DNA of 64,000 nt from a virus (IMGVR_UViG_3300032250_000184:8708-72707), one strand, 5' to 3'. Counted from the first letter of the stretch, positions 1 to 10,024 are shown. Made by a program: numbers and translations. Notes: a model not told the origin generated them from the letters alone.

Positions 1-231
1 ATATAATTTTCGAATCTCTGTGGAAAGTTGACATAACGATATACCTGGTTTTGTATCAGGAATTTTATAATTCTCAGGCATATCTTTGATTTTCCATTTA
101 CAATCTGGATGAAAGGTAAACTGTAGAACATCCACCAATGTCTTGGACAGATTCCTCTCAATTACTGCCATTCTTTCTTTTTTGTTTTTAGCTTCTTCAA
201 ACTCATCAAATACTTCGTAAATATTTTTCAT
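1..231 (-). CDS. Conserved T4-like hypothetical protein downstream of RNase H (truncated at window edge)
   Basis: ATG at 231 overlaps rnh stop; open frame MKNIYEVFDEFEEAKNKKERMAVIERNLSK... runs off position 1. Confidence 0.75.
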   Translation of the reverse strand, partial: MKNIYEVFDEFEEAKNKKERMAVIERNLSKTLVDVLQFTFHPDCKWKIKDMPENYKIPDTKPGISLCQLSTEIRKLY

Positions 232-1079
232 CAGAATTCCTCAATTACATCCATTAAATTCTTTAGTTTATGTTCTATAAAATAGTTCAATAACTTTTGG
301 CGAGATGCCGGTTTTGTTTCATCATATGTATTTATAATTTTCTCTTTAATCTCTTTTGGAATTAAAGTCAAATCAATAAGAGTGGCATTTCTAGAATAAT
401 TAGTTTTATCCGTTTCACTATACTCAGACACATCTTCTTTTAAATACTTATCCAAAACTCCTTTGGTGATTGGTTTCTGTCTTAGGTCACGGACAAAACA
501 ATCAGACGGTGAAAACATATTAGGAATGCCGTCACCTTTATCACCACGAATAATCTTTTCTTTTAATTCAAGAATTGGATCGGTTGATTTAATAAACTTC
601 TTTTGTGCCGGATTATACTGTTTTACATTTTCACCATAGTGTTGTAGTTGCAGAAAGTCTCCATCACTCGATAGAATCAAAACCTTTTCGTGTTTTGCAT
701 ATATTGGCACCAATGTACCAATAATGTCATCAGCTTCAGCTCCTTCAACATCGATTACTTTGTAAGGAAAGTTTTCACGGAGTTCTGATTTGAATTTGGC
801 TAACATATCAAAAATCATATGCCAATCTAAATCCGACTTTTCTCTGGTTTTCTTACGACCTGCTTTATAGAATGGAAAATATTCTTTACGCCAATACTTG
901 CGATTATCACAACATAAAACAACATCACCATAATCCTTACGGAAGTTTCTGATGTGCATACGGAGAATATTAAGAATCAGGTGTCGAACTAGACTTTCAT
1001 CCAGTTTCAACCCTTTTTGATTTGAAATCTGTGCCATTAGGCCAGATAGCAGTACTTGATTTAAATCCACGAGAATCAT
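231..1079 (-). CDS. rnh: RNase H / 5'-3' exonuclease (T4 Rnh family)
   Basis: N-terminal MILVDLNQ, EADDIIG, SSDGDF, GDKGDGIPN motifs of FEN/T4 RNase H. Confidence 0.93.
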   Translation of the reverse strand: MILVDLNQVLLSGLMAQISNQKGLKLDESLVRHLILNILRMHIRNFRKDYGDVVLCCDNRKYWRKEYFPFYKAGRKKTREKSDLDWHMIFDMLAKFKSELRENFPYKVIDVEGAEADDIIGTLVPIYAKHEKVLILSSDGDFLQLQHYGENVKQYNPAQKKFIKSTDPILELKEKIIRGDKGDGIPNMFSPSDCFVRDLRQKPITKGVLDKYLKEDVSEYSETDKTNYSRNATLIDLTLIPKEIKEKIINTYDETKPASRQKLLNYFIEHKLKNLMDVIEEF

Positions 1080-1112
1080 AACAAACTTTCAATAGTTTCT
1101 AAAGACTACATC

Positions 1113-1442
1113 CTACATTGTTTTCTTCATTGTGTCAAGCAGTTTGTCTATGATTTTGTGTGAAGTGGTAGTTTTTTTTGCAATTATACCATAAAAACCA
1201 CCTGGTATTAATCCAGAGATATATTCAAGGGGATCGGCAAGTATTGCCTCAAACGAATCCAAGTCACCGTAGGCGTCTTTCTCAGTCTTACTATCTCTGA
1301 ACAAGACAATATGATAAGTTAAACCTAGTTCGCTTCCGCCAATTGGTTCGCCTTTGTTGGCGTACTCTTGTCCTACAATTGCAATTTCGTTATCGGTATC
1401 ACCAGCTAAGAAAGTTAAAAAGTCAAAGCTCTCTTGTTTCAT
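1113..1442 (-). CDS. Hypothetical protein
   Basis: ORF; start placed at MKQESF (1442) to reduce overlap with neighbour. Confidence 0.6.
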   Translation of the reverse strand: MKQESFDFLTFLAGDTDNEIAIVGQEYANKGEPIGGSELGLTYHIVLFRDSKTEKDAYGDLDSFEAILADPLEYISGLIPGGFYGIIAKKTTTSHKIIDKLLDTMKKTM

Positions 1443-1866
1443 TGGTTTTAAGAAGTCTAGCATTATAGTCCTTGATGTGTGATTTTCTCACCCTTACCAT
1501 AATCCAAGTATTGTAGTAATCGTCCGTTTCCATGACGCCACGGACGAATTGTTCTTTTGCTTCAAGATAACCACACTCACCCTTAGATTGGCAAAGATGT
1601 AATATTTCACGATTAAAATTGTCGTGACCTAATTGTAACACATCTTGCTTCAGTATGTCACTACTTCCGTAGTAAGTTTGCCAATCACTTGGTACTTTTA
1701 TCTTTTTCTTTTTACCTTTGACTTGCTTGGTTTTGGCAGAATAAAAGAATTTCTTGCCTATGTATTTTTTACCATTCGTCAGATTAGTTATCTGATACAC
1801 GAACCCGTAATTATTACCAATCAAGTCTTCCGTAAAATCGATGCCATTATATTGCCAAGACATCAC
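1423..1866 (-). CDS. GIY-YIG family nuclease, stand-alone type
   Basis: GFVYQITNLTNGKKYIGKK ... YYGSS GIY-YIG signature. Confidence 0.8.
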   Translation of the reverse strand: MMSWQYNGIDFTEDLIGNNYGFVYQITNLTNGKKYIGKKFFYSAKTKQVKGKKKKIKVPSDWQTYYGSSDILKQDVLQLGHDNFNREILHLCQSKGECGYLEAKEQFVRGVMETDDYYNTWIMVRVRKSHIKDYNARLLKTNETREL

Positions 1867-2126
1867 TTGTTATTCTTAACATTCAATTTGGATATTTCTT
1901 TAACTGTTATATTCTTCATTCCGTGTTTATTGGCATGAGCTAAAGCTAATTCATGTGCGTGTTTATCGGATTTAGCCGGGCCAGACCAATCAAATCTTGT
2001 TCTATTTACGCCAGTAATGTTTTGAGCGTTCATACGCACATGATATTGATGGTCATTATCTTCCTCATTTTGTAATTCAATTTTTTCACCTAAAAGTGTT
2101 TTTATGATAGTTGTTCTAAAATCCAT
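1863..2126 (-). CDS. Hypothetical His/Lys-rich protein
   Basis: GGAGA RBS ahead of ATG at 2126 (MDFRTTII); 4-nt overlap with next gene. Confidence 0.65.
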   Translation of the reverse strand: MDFRTTIIKTLLGEKIELQNEEDNDHQYHVRMNAQNITGVNRTRFDWSGPAKSDKHAHELALAHANKHGMKNITVKEISKLNVKNNK

Positions 2127-2137
2127 GTTATTCTCCG

Positions 2138-2145
2138 TATAAATA
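2138..2145 (+). promoter_or_regulatory. T4-type late promoter TATAAATA for the plus-strand endonuclease
   Basis: Exact TATAAATA about 60 nt upstream of ATG 2204; gp55 is encoded in the window. Confidence 0.7.
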
Positions 2146-2203
2146 GGTGTATGTCGCCGGACTGGCATCCGCACATACTCTAATACGAAAGGACCGTGTC
2201 AGC

Positions 2204-2737
2204 ATGAATATTTATCATTTCATTTATAAGACAACCCATATCAACGGAAACTACTATTATGGTAGACACACCACTACAAACCTAGATGATGGTTATATGG
2301 GCTCAGGAACTTGGGTACGAAAAATAAGAAAACTGGATAACCTAACTAGAGAAATTATAGAATACGCAAATTCCGTTGAATCACTTAAAGATTTAGAGCA
2401 AAAATACTTGGATGAACATTTTGGTAATCCAAGATGTATGAATCGTAGAAAAAGTTCTTGTGGTTTTGATAGTGAAACTAATCCTATGAAAACTATGAGA
2501 ATCAACAAAGGTTCATTCAAAAAAGGTCACAAGCCAGTATTTTCACCAGAAAGTAATAAGAAAAAGAGTTTAACTAAAATGGGAAAAAATAATCCTATGT
2601 TTGGTAAAGCAGAAGCTTCAAAACACTTAAATATATCCAACGAACAATGTCGTTACTGTGGTATAATTACAACAATAGGAAACATTGGTCGTTGGCACAA
2701 TGATAGGTGTAAGTTAGTCCCAATCTCCAGTATCTAA
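2204..2737 (+). CDS. Seg-like GIY-YIG homing endonuclease with NUMOD3-like tail
   Basis: FIYKTTHINGNYYYGRH...YMGSG; KGHKPVFSPESNKKKS and KNNPMFGK; AAAGGA RBS before ATG 2204. Confidence 0.85.
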   Translation: MNIYHFIYKTTHINGNYYYGRHTTTNLDDGYMGSGTWVRKIRKLDNLTREIIEYANSVESLKDLEQKYLDEHFGNPRCMNRRKSSCGFDSETNPMKTMRINKGSFKKGHKPVFSPESNKKKSLTKMGKNNPMFGKAEASKHLNISNEQCRYCGIITTIGNIGRWHNDRCKLVPISSI

Positions 2738-2899
2738 ATCATCATCATCTTCTTCGACACATTCTTCCGTCAGTTCCTCTATTTCTGAACCACAGAATGG
2801 ACAATATTCCGGTAAATCTTGAGATACTTCTTCTTCCATAAATTCTACACTATATTGTGATTCACAGTTGAGGCAATCGCCTGAAAGTACTTTGTTCAT
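2714..2899 (-). CDS. Small zinc-ribbon protein
   Basis: CLNC...CPFC and acidic tail; follows nrdB. Confidence 0.75.
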   Translation of the reverse strand: MNKVLSGDCLNCESQYSVEFMEEEVSQDLPEYCPFCGSEIEELTEECVEEDDDDLDTGDWD

Positions 2900-2908
2900 A
2901 CTGATTCC

Positions 2909-3895
2909 TTAATGAGCCCAAACATCACCCCAATCTCCTGATAAAGAACCTTTTGCATAGTCGGTTGCTCTATTCTCAAAGAAGTTTGTATGTGTTGGTG
3001 CGTTAATCATTTCTTCTACCCATGGTAGAGGATTTCTTTTCACTTTAAACACACCTTTGAGTCCTAAAGAAATCAATCGGCGGTCTGCAATATAACGAAT
3101 GTATTTTTTGACATCTTCAGCAGATAAATCTTCCATGGCACCCATCTTGAAAGCCAGGTCAATAAATTTATCTTCTAATTCTACCATGCGTTCTGCAATT
3201 GTATATAGACGACCTTTCAGTTCATCATTCCAGATTTCTTTGTTTTCTTCGATATATGTTCTGAATAGTTTAACCATATTCTCGGTATGTTGTGTTTCAT
3301 CAACAATCGACCAAGTTACGATTTGACCCATACCTTTCATTTTACCGTGGCGTGGGAAGTTGAGTAACATAATGAATGATGAGAATAACTGCATACCTTC
3401 AGTAAATGCCGAGAATACAGCAATATGTGTAGCAGTATTTTCTTTCGTGGTATTTTGACCAGAGATATTCATAACATAATCATGTTTTTCTTTCATCTCT
3501 GCATAGGCCATAAACTCATTGTAGGTTGTGTCTGGAAGACCTAAGGTTTCGATTAAGTGTGAATACGCAGCAATGTGTAACGCTTCTCTTGCGGCGAACC
3601 CCAACAACATCATCCTAATTTCTGGTTGTGGAAAATAAGGAAGATAATTATTAACATAACCACCAGCAACGTCAATGTCTCCTTGGGTAAAGAATCGGAA
3701 GATATGTGTAAGGAATTGTTTTTCTTCTTTAGTAAGTTTCTTTTTCCAATCTTTGACATCTTCCAACATTGGAACTTCGGTATGTAACCAATGAGATTGC
3801 TCATGCTTAAGCCATGCATCATAAGCCCAAGCGTAATTAAAAGGTTTAAAGTAAGAGCGTTCATCTGTTAACCTCGAATCTGTTTTTTTAATCAT
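2909..3895 (-). CDS. nrdB: Ribonucleotide reductase class Ia beta subunit
   Basis: FFTQGD, EALH, EGMQLFSSF, DETQH di-iron ligands, NFFENR. Confidence 0.95.
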   Translation of the reverse strand: MIKKTDSRLTDERSYFKPFNYAWAYDAWLKHEQSHWLHTEVPMLEDVKDWKKKLTKEEKQFLTHIFRFFTQGDIDVAGGYVNNYLPYFPQPEIRMMLLGFAAREALHIAAYSHLIETLGLPDTTYNEFMAYAEMKEKHDYVMNISGQNTTKENTATHIAVFSAFTEGMQLFSSFIMLLNFPRHGKMKGMGQIVTWSIVDETQHTENMVKLFRTYIEENKEIWNDELKGRLYTIAERMVELEDKFIDLAFKMGAMEDLSAEDVKKYIRYIADRRLISLGLKGVFKVKRNPLPWVEEMINAPTHTNFFENRATDYAKGSLSGDWGDVWAH

Positions 3896-4529
3896 TTTCT
3901 TTTCTTTCGTACATTACTGTGTTTGTATCTCCGAGAGCCCACTTAGGATCAGTTTCAACCGACCAACGTTTGGTTGCAACTTTAAAGTCAGGCATCTTCA
4001 ATTGTTTTGGGTTACTACTAGGTTCTAATACTATCATTCGATTGTTGGGTTGAGCGGCAAATTGTCCATTATCCAACTTAATAAAGTTATAAGATTTATG
4101 ATCTTCTACATCTTCAGAAAAACCAGTATCTAAAGTGTTGAAGTCGGGATGAGCTGAATCCACAGTAAACATATATTCACCATAAGCCCAATCACCACTT
4201 TTTAATTTAATTTTGCACTTCATCGATTGCAACTGTGCTTTTTTTATTACTGTGATATCATAAGACAAACAATCCCAAAGTTGTAGATAATCTAACGGTA
4301 ATGGTTCACCTTCAATTGGTTTCCAACAATAGGCATGTAAAGGAAGTTTATCGTATAATGCACCATAATTATTCAAATATGATTCAATACGAAATGCTTG
4401 ACCTCTTAATGATTTGATACTTATCCACCAGCAAGGTTCGAGTTCTTCATGACCTCTTTCAAAGTCATAGAGAAATTCTTTACGAATAAAACACTTTACT
4501 GGTGGTAAGTTAGCAACTATGTGTGACAC
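3888..4529 (-). CDS. Conserved hypothetical protein between nrdA and nrdB
   Basis: Probable GTG start at 4529 (SHIVANLPP) just after nrdA stop; 8-nt overlap with nrdB. Confidence 0.7.
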   Translation of the reverse strand: MSHIVANLPPVKCFIRKEFLYDFERGHEELEPCWWISIKSLRGQAFRIESYLNNYGALYDKLPLHAYCWKPIEGEPLPLDYLQLWDCLSYDITVIKKAQLQSMKCKIKLKSGDWAYGEYMFTVDSAHPDFNTLDTGFSEDVEDHKSYNFIKLDNGQFAAQPNNRMIVLEPSSNPKQLKMPDFKVATKRWSVETDPKWALGDTNTVMYERKEND

Positions 4530-4530
4530 A

Positions 4531-6315
4531 TTAACCTTCGCAAGCAATACAATCGTTACCTTGAGCAATCTGTGTCATATCTAGCTCTTTGATAACATTT
4601 CTTTCAATCTTCTTAGATACTTTATCTGCCTTACCAATCTTTTCGGAACGGCAGTAGTAAAGTGTTTTCAGTCCTTTTTTCCATGCCATAAAATGAATAG
4701 CATGAATATACTTGATGTGTGCATCTGGTCTAAAGAATAGGTTTAATGATTGAGCTTGGTCGATATATGCTTGTCTGTCACTAGCCAATTCAATTACCCA
4801 TCTTTGGTCAATCTCCATGGATGTTTTGAATACATCCTTTTCGTGTTGGTCCAAAATGTCTAAGTGTTGGCAAGAACCATCGTTAGCAATAATGCTAGAC
4901 CAAGTATCGTTATAATCCAATTCATCTTTTGTTTTCTCTTTAATAATTTTATCCAACCAACGATTCTTATTTAAGAAAGAACCGGATAAAGTATCTTGTC
5001 TATATGCATTTGCACGGTAGGGCTCAATAGAGGGAGAAGTGTTTCCCATGATGATAGAAGAAGAAGCATTGGGAGCAATAGCCATAAGATGACTGAACCT
5101 ACGACCAGTGCCTTCCGCATCGGGTGCTTCACCTCTCTCTTTTCCCAGTTGAATGTTAGCGGCATCTAGTCCCTCTCGAATTGATTTGAAGATTCTGTTA
5201 TTGGCCACTTTCGCCATAACACCCTCAAAAGCGATTCCGTTACGCTGTAGATAAGCATGAAACCCGAGAGCACCGATGCCAATAGAACGCTCTCGTTGAG
5301 CGGAGTATTTGGCACGAGAGATAGCATCAGGAGCGTTATCAATAAAGTAATTGAGCACGTTATCGAGCATTTCAGCAACGTCTTTAAGAAATAGTTCATT
5401 ATTTTTCCATTCATCATAAGTTTCCAAATTTAAAGAAGATAAACAACATACTGCCGTTCTTTCTTCATTCGTAGGCAGAATGATTTCAGAACACAGGTTT
5501 GATTGGTGAACTTTCAAACCTTTAACTTTCAACCATTCTGGTAAATGGTTGTTACTTGTATCGATGTAATGAATGTATGGTTCACCAGTATGCATACGTA
5601 ATTCTAGAATCATTTGCCATAACATCTTTGCAGATACAGTTTCACGAACTTCTTTAGATGCTGGATCGATTAAATTCCAAGAATCATCAAATTCTGGATC
5701 CAACATGGCCTGCTCAATGATATGCATGAAGTCATCTGTGATATTAATACCATGATGTAAATTCAAACAACGCTGGTTTGGATCACCAGTCGGCTTACGC
5801 ATTTCTAAAAACCCAATAATGTCTGGATGAGAAATGTTGAGGTAAGCAGCATAACTACCACGGCGAGTACGGCCTTGGCGATAGGCCAAAGAAGATGCAT
5901 CATAGATTTTGAGGTGAGGCATGACACCAGTAGATTTATCGTCTGCTGAACGAATACCAAAGCCAATACCAACACCACCTCCAAGCATAGAAAGCCAATT
6001 AGTTTCTGATAGATTATCAACTAGTCCTTCAGCAGTATCTTCAATATAATTAAGGAAACATGATATAGGCATGCCACGCTTACTACGACCAAAAGAGAGA
6101 ATGGGAGTAGAATAAGAGAGCCAATGCTTGCTACTATATTCGTAAAGTCTTTGTGCATGTTCTTTATTACTTCCAAATGATTTTGATACAAATGCAAATC
6201 TATGTTGCGGTGATGTTTCATCTTCCTTCATGTACGATTCTTGTAATCGTTTAATTCCTAATTCATCAAAAAGTTTATCTCGTTCTAAATCTATATTAAT
6301 GCCTAGGTATTCCAT
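4531..6315 (-). CDS. nrdA: Ribonucleotide reductase class Ia alpha subunit (short, no obvious ATP-cone)
   Basis: STPILS, ISCFL, SNLCSEI, APNASSS, LYY and C-terminal CIACEG. Confidence 0.95.
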   Translation of the reverse strand: MEYLGINIDLERDKLFDELGIKRLQESYMKEDETSPQHRFAFVSKSFGSNKEHAQRLYEYSSKHWLSYSTPILSFGRSKRGMPISCFLNYIEDTAEGLVDNLSETNWLSMLGGGVGIGFGIRSADDKSTGVMPHLKIYDASSLAYRQGRTRRGSYAAYLNISHPDIIGFLEMRKPTGDPNQRCLNLHHGINITDDFMHIIEQAMLDPEFDDSWNLIDPASKEVRETVSAKMLWQMILELRMHTGEPYIHYIDTSNNHLPEWLKVKGLKVHQSNLCSEIILPTNEERTAVCCLSSLNLETYDEWKNNELFLKDVAEMLDNVLNYFIDNAPDAISRAKYSAQRERSIGIGALGFHAYLQRNGIAFEGVMAKVANNRIFKSIREGLDAANIQLGKERGEAPDAEGTGRRFSHLMAIAPNASSSIIMGNTSPSIEPYRANAYRQDTLSGSFLNKNRWLDKIIKEKTKDELDYNDTWSSIIANDGSCQHLDILDQHEKDVFKTSMEIDQRWVIELASDRQAYIDQAQSLNLFFRPDAHIKYIHAIHFMAWKKGLKTLYYCRSEKIGKADKVSKKIERNVIKELDMTQIAQGNDCIACEG

Positions 6316-6336
6316 ATATTTGCCTCATTGTTATTT

Positions 6337-6984
6337 TTATTTGACGAATTCTTTAATCATTGGAAAGATTGGTTCGATTGCATCTACGCAAGCTAAAGCA
6401 ATTTCTCGATGTTCCTTTTGTGTTTCTACTCCACTACGAAGCTGTATATAGTGAACCCACGACCGTAGAGTTCCATTCATATACAACCTTGATACTGTAA
6501 TGCCTTCAGGTAAAACCGCACGAGCTTGTTCTTTTGCAATACCGTGTTCTAGTGCCCAACGATAGGCTCTTTCGGCTGCCACAATTACATAATCTTGTTG
6601 TGTTTCCCAATTCAATTGCAAACCAACATCTTTCGTTTCAATACTATTTTGTCGGTTCTTTTCATCTTGTAATCTTGCTTCCTTGAATTCAAATCCTAAA
6701 TCTGCAACAGCATATCTCTGAGAGAACTCCTGGAATGAAAAAGAACGGTGCCGCAATATTTGTCTTGCAATGTCACGAGTTGTTTCAATCTCCAAACATA
6801 TACTCACCATTTCAAGTGGTGACCAATGTTGGTGTTTAATAAGATATCGAATTAACTTCTCACTGGTTTCATGGTTTGCTTGATTACTCGGATTCGAAAC
6901 TCTTGCACAGAAGGCAATAAGTTCGGTCAAGTTTTCAGCAAAGTGTTGAGCTGGCTGTGTGTATGATAATAATTCCACCTTCAT
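6337..6984 (-). CDS. thyX: Flavin-dependent thymidylate synthase
   Basis: RHRSFSFQEFSQR signature, HWSPLE. Confidence 0.95.
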   Translation of the reverse strand: MKVELLSYTQPAQHFAENLTELIAFCARVSNPSNQANHETSEKLIRYLIKHQHWSPLEMVSICLEIETTRDIARQILRHRSFSFQEFSQRYAVADLGFEFKEARLQDEKNRQNSIETKDVGLQLNWETQQDYVIVAAERAYRWALEHGIAKEQARAVLPEGITVSRLYMNGTLRSWVHYIQLRSGVETQKEHREIALACVDAIEPIFPMIKEFVK

Positions 6985-6988
6985 AATT

Positions 6989-8002
6989 TTATACTTTCTT
7001 CCAATTCACAAGTTCTGCTTTTGCTCTCAAATTAACGAATGTGTATTTACTTATAATGTCTTGAATTTCATCTGGTGAGAATCCATCCAGTATCATATCG
7101 TTAATGTCTTTAGATTCAATCATTTCTGGCCAAATCACTACATGATAATGTTTTTCTATTGCATCATCAATTTTTTTAATGATCTCTTTATTACGAGGTT
7201 CATTATCAAATACTAGCACTACTTTACTCTTGTCGTATATGGATGTAATTGATTCCAAGTTACTGTCTGCCGTAGCAACAGCATTGTCTAAGAACAGGCT
7301 GTCAATAGGACCTTCCACTACATATATCGTCTTGTCCTCGTCTATCCTATCAGAACCAAAGACTTTATGGTTATCATCATGCAACTTGATGGTGATGTAT
7401 CTAAGTTTGGATTCTCCTAACGCTCGCCCCTGTATTGCGACCAGATTTTTCTCTTGGTCGTAAAACGGAATAACGAGGCGTGGGTCATTCTTGTGAAGTC
7501 CATCTTTCTCAATCCCAAGATTTTGTATGAAGGCTGCGAAATCTTCCGCAAAGTATAGTTGCGAGTAAAAGGTCTCCGGAATCCTTCTTTGCTGAACATA
7601 GACTTTAGCAAAATGCGCTTCTGGTAACGACTCGATTGATGGAAGTTCCAAGGCCTTTTTGAAGATGGGCGCTGGCGACTTATACTCCTCGAAATTTGGC
7701 TCACTATGGTTGGATTTGTTATTGTCTCCATTTTTATATCTTTCAAGTGAATATTCTTTAATGAGTGTAGGATCAACTCTATCTAAAAAGTTATAAAAAG
7801 AACAGGATGCACCACAGTTATGGCACATATAGAAGTAGTCATTCTTTTTGCGAAAAATATAACCACGACACTTTGTTTTATTCTTTTGAGAATCTCCACA
7901 TAAAGGACACCGAAAATTATAAAGGTCGTCTTTCTTTTGAGAAAACCTTTGTAGTTTTGGTGAAATGCGGAGTAGGAAAGTTCTGTCAATAAAGACACTC
8001 AT
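6989..8002 (-). CDS. 61: DNA primase (gp61)
   Basis: CPLC...CHNC zinc finger; TOPRIM VEGPIDSLF and FDNE. Confidence 0.93.
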   Translation of the reverse strand: MSVFIDRTFLLRISPKLQRFSQKKDDLYNFRCPLCGDSQKNKTKCRGYIFRKKNDYFYMCHNCGASCSFYNFLDRVDPTLIKEYSLERYKNGDNNKSNHSEPNFEEYKSPAPIFKKALELPSIESLPEAHFAKVYVQQRRIPETFYSQLYFAEDFAAFIQNLGIEKDGLHKNDPRLVIPFYDQEKNLVAIQGRALGESKLRYITIKLHDDNHKVFGSDRIDEDKTIYVVEGPIDSLFLDNAVATADSNLESITSIYDKSKVVLVFDNEPRNKEIIKKIDDAIEKHYHVVIWPEMIESKDINDMILDGFSPDEIQDIISKYTFVNLRAKAELVNWKKV

Positions 8003-8032
8003 GATATATTCAATTCAAATTGTGGTAAAAAA

Positions 8033-8461
8033 TTATTTAGCTATATGAAGTATTGTATCAAGATTTACATGAGAAATCAAGTAGGAGATTGCAATTATAC
8101 CACCGGCAACCATCCACTTCCACTCCAAAAGCTTATCCAAAGATTCTTTTTCTTTTTTATTGTGGTCTGACATATCTTTTCTTATGGCTTTGAATTCTTC
8201 CATAATCTTTTCATTGGAATCTTCCATCTTTTGCAACACGGTATCAATTCTACGATCAATTTCTTTGATATCTTTATCGGTTTCTATTCTACGCTGGTCC
8301 ATGTCAGCATACACCTTTGCTATGTGTCTGTCGTGTTGATCCACGAGTTTTTCGATAACAATATCCATTTTATTACATAAAGCGGATAATGTCAATACTT
8401 GGGTCTTTAAAACACCAATGTCTACTTGTACATCGACCATTTCGTTAAAATCGGATGCCAT
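8033..8461 (-). CDS. Coiled-coil protein with C-terminal hydrophobic helix (lysis cassette)
   Basis: Heptad-rich body, WKWMVAGGIIAISYLIS segment; adjacent to endolysin. Confidence 0.6.
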   Translation of the reverse strand: MASDFNEMVDVQVDIGVLKTQVLTLSALCNKMDIVIEKLVDQHDRHIAKVYADMDQRRIETDKDIKEIDRRIDTVLQKMEDSNEKIMEEFKAIRKDMSDHNKKEKESLDKLLEWKWMVAGGIIAISYLISHVNLDTILHIAK

Positions 8462-8462
8462 A

Positions 8463-9071
8463 TTATGTTCCTAAAATATTCAGCGCTTTTCTATAATTCT
8501 CTTCCCTCTCAGGCAAACCAATGTATCCGCCATTAATCACTTTAGTCATTACCTTAATATCACCGACATCTGCATATGAGTTGAGTTTATTGTTCTTCCA
8601 GAATAAACAAGCCGCCTCAGCTGCGCCTTGTTTGGTTTCTAGATACCTAGTTACTTGTTCTAAGTCCATTCCAACAGTATCGGCAAACTTTTGATAGTTA
8701 TATTTGCCTGTTAATTGAATTAGACCTCTACCTCTGTATTTCCATCCATCTCCACTCAATTCATCACCATTGCCTAAACGATTAGCATAAACAAAATTAG
8801 CAATCATCTCAGGTTGTCTAGCATACTTATTTGCTAGTTCTGGTGATGTAAATCTTTTTGGCCAAGTCATCACTAAACCTTTGGCGCCATAATTTAAATT
8901 TTCTATTAGTTTCTCAAAATGTCCAGATTCATGTGAACATTGAGCTATAAATGCAGCAATCCTCTGTGGAGAGTCTATATTATATTTAGGCAATAAATTG
9001 TTTAGAATTTCAGCCCATTCAATAGAATCTTTTTTTATTTGTAATTTTTGTAACATCTCAGAAGTAATCAT
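8463..9071 (-). CDS. Endolysin, glycoside hydrolase family 19
   Basis: FIAQCSHESG, YRGRGLIQLTGKYNY, TKVINGG GH19 motifs. Confidence 0.9.
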   Translation of the reverse strand: MITSEMLQKLQIKKDSIEWAEILNNLLPKYNIDSPQRIAAFIAQCSHESGHFEKLIENLNYGAKGLVMTWPKRFTSPELANKYARQPEMIANFVYANRLGNGDELSGDGWKYRGRGLIQLTGKYNYQKFADTVGMDLEQVTRYLETKQGAAEAACLFWKNNKLNSYADVGDIKVMTKVINGGYIGLPEREENYRKALNILGT

Positions 9072-9442
9072 AATCTTCTTTCAAATTCTTCGTCTGTGCG
9101 ACCCATTCTTTTAATTGGTGTTTCTTCGCCATCACGGTCTTTAATGTATTTTCCAATTAATGCATTTGCTACCCACGCACCCATATATCCTATAAAATAC
9201 CATTCGTCTAGTCGATCAGTTACTATGAGGTAAATGAATCCCCATGTACTAACAATCCACGCACCAAACCTAGAAAACTTTCTTTCATTCAATTTGCCGT
9301 TAATGGAAATCAAATCAATTAAGCTTATTGAACTTTTTTGATCCACATTTAGTTTCCACAAATAAAGTGTACACACCAACACAATTATTGTTAATATGAT
9401 ATACATTACATCTATAGAGTTGAGTGTGTTGAAAAGGCTCAT
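9068..9442 (-). CDS. Putative holin
   Basis: Three hydrophobic segments and charged tail, between spanin and endolysin. Confidence 0.6.
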   Translation of the reverse strand: MSLFNTLNSIDVMYIILTIIVLVCTLYLWKLNVDQKSSISLIDLISINGKLNERKFSRFGAWIVSTWGFIYLIVTDRLDEWYFIGYMGAWVANALIGKYIKDRDGEETPIKRMGRTDEEFERRL

Positions 9443-10023
9443 TGAACCTCTCCAAATATCTTCTTTTGATTTTTATACCACTCTTGCCAACCTTTTACTT
9501 GTTCAACGAGTTTGTAGTAGGTTGCGTTGTTGTTGTTGACTGTGTTGAGGAGTTCAGAGATTGTAATTTCTGAGGTTCCCGTAATAGTGTTGATGGTGCT
9601 GTCGGGAAGTTCTGCTTGACTGGAACTGTTGAACAAGCTAACAGAAGCATTGGACAAACGACAGCTATCAGTAGCATACTTATTGATTGCACTTTTAATT
9701 TCATTTTGTTTATCCTTAATAATATTTTCTTTTTCAACGATTGTTTCAACCAATATGGTGTTCACTTGTGCAGATTGTGTTTCAGATTGAGCAATTTTAA
9801 CTTCCAATTCTTTTACTTTGAGTAACCATGAATTGTTATTGCTGTTAGCTCCTTCAATCCAAATACCAAACACCAATACAATAATTGAAATGATTTGGAT
9901 GGGTAATTTATATTGACTAACGAAAGGCATGAAACTGAAGAACCAACTGACAATAATACCCAACACACCTGCGATGACCATCAGGTGAATTACAAAATTA
10001 GGTACCCAATTCAACAACCACAT
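9439..10023 (-). CDS. Putative i-spanin (Rz-like)
   Basis: N-terminal TM helices, coiled coil, C-terminal CRLSNA...WQEWY; contains a nested lipoprotein ORF. Confidence 0.7.
   Translation of the reverse strand: MWLLNWVPNFVIHLMVIAGVLGIIVSWFFSFMPFVSQYKLPIQIISIIVLVFGIWIEGANSNNNSWLLKVKELEVKIAQSETQSAQVNTILVETIVEKENIIKDKQNEIKSAINKYATDSCRLSNASVSLFNSSSQAELPDSTINTITGTSEITISELLNTVNNNNATYYKLVEQVKGWQEWYKNQKKIFGEVQ
9495..9704 (-). CDS. Putative embedded o-spanin lipoprotein (Rz1-like)
   Basis: MKLKVQ...LLLACS lipobox, Pro/Thr/Ser-rich mature part, nested in another frame of the i-spanin. Confidence 0.65.
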   Translation of the reverse strand: MKLKVQSISMLLIAVVCPMLLLACSTVPVKQNFPTAPSTLLREPQKLQSLNSSTQSTTTTQPTTNSLNK

Positions 10024-10024
10024 A

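Noticed and set aside
2909-6315. Introns or inteins in nrdA or nrdB (gene 43 also checked)
   Set aside because: Reading frames are continuous with normal lengths and motif spacing
9495-9570. Programmed frameshift joining the lipoprotein frame to the i-spanin C-terminus
   Set aside because: No slippery heptamer seen; an ordinary nested Rz/Rz1 layout explains both frames
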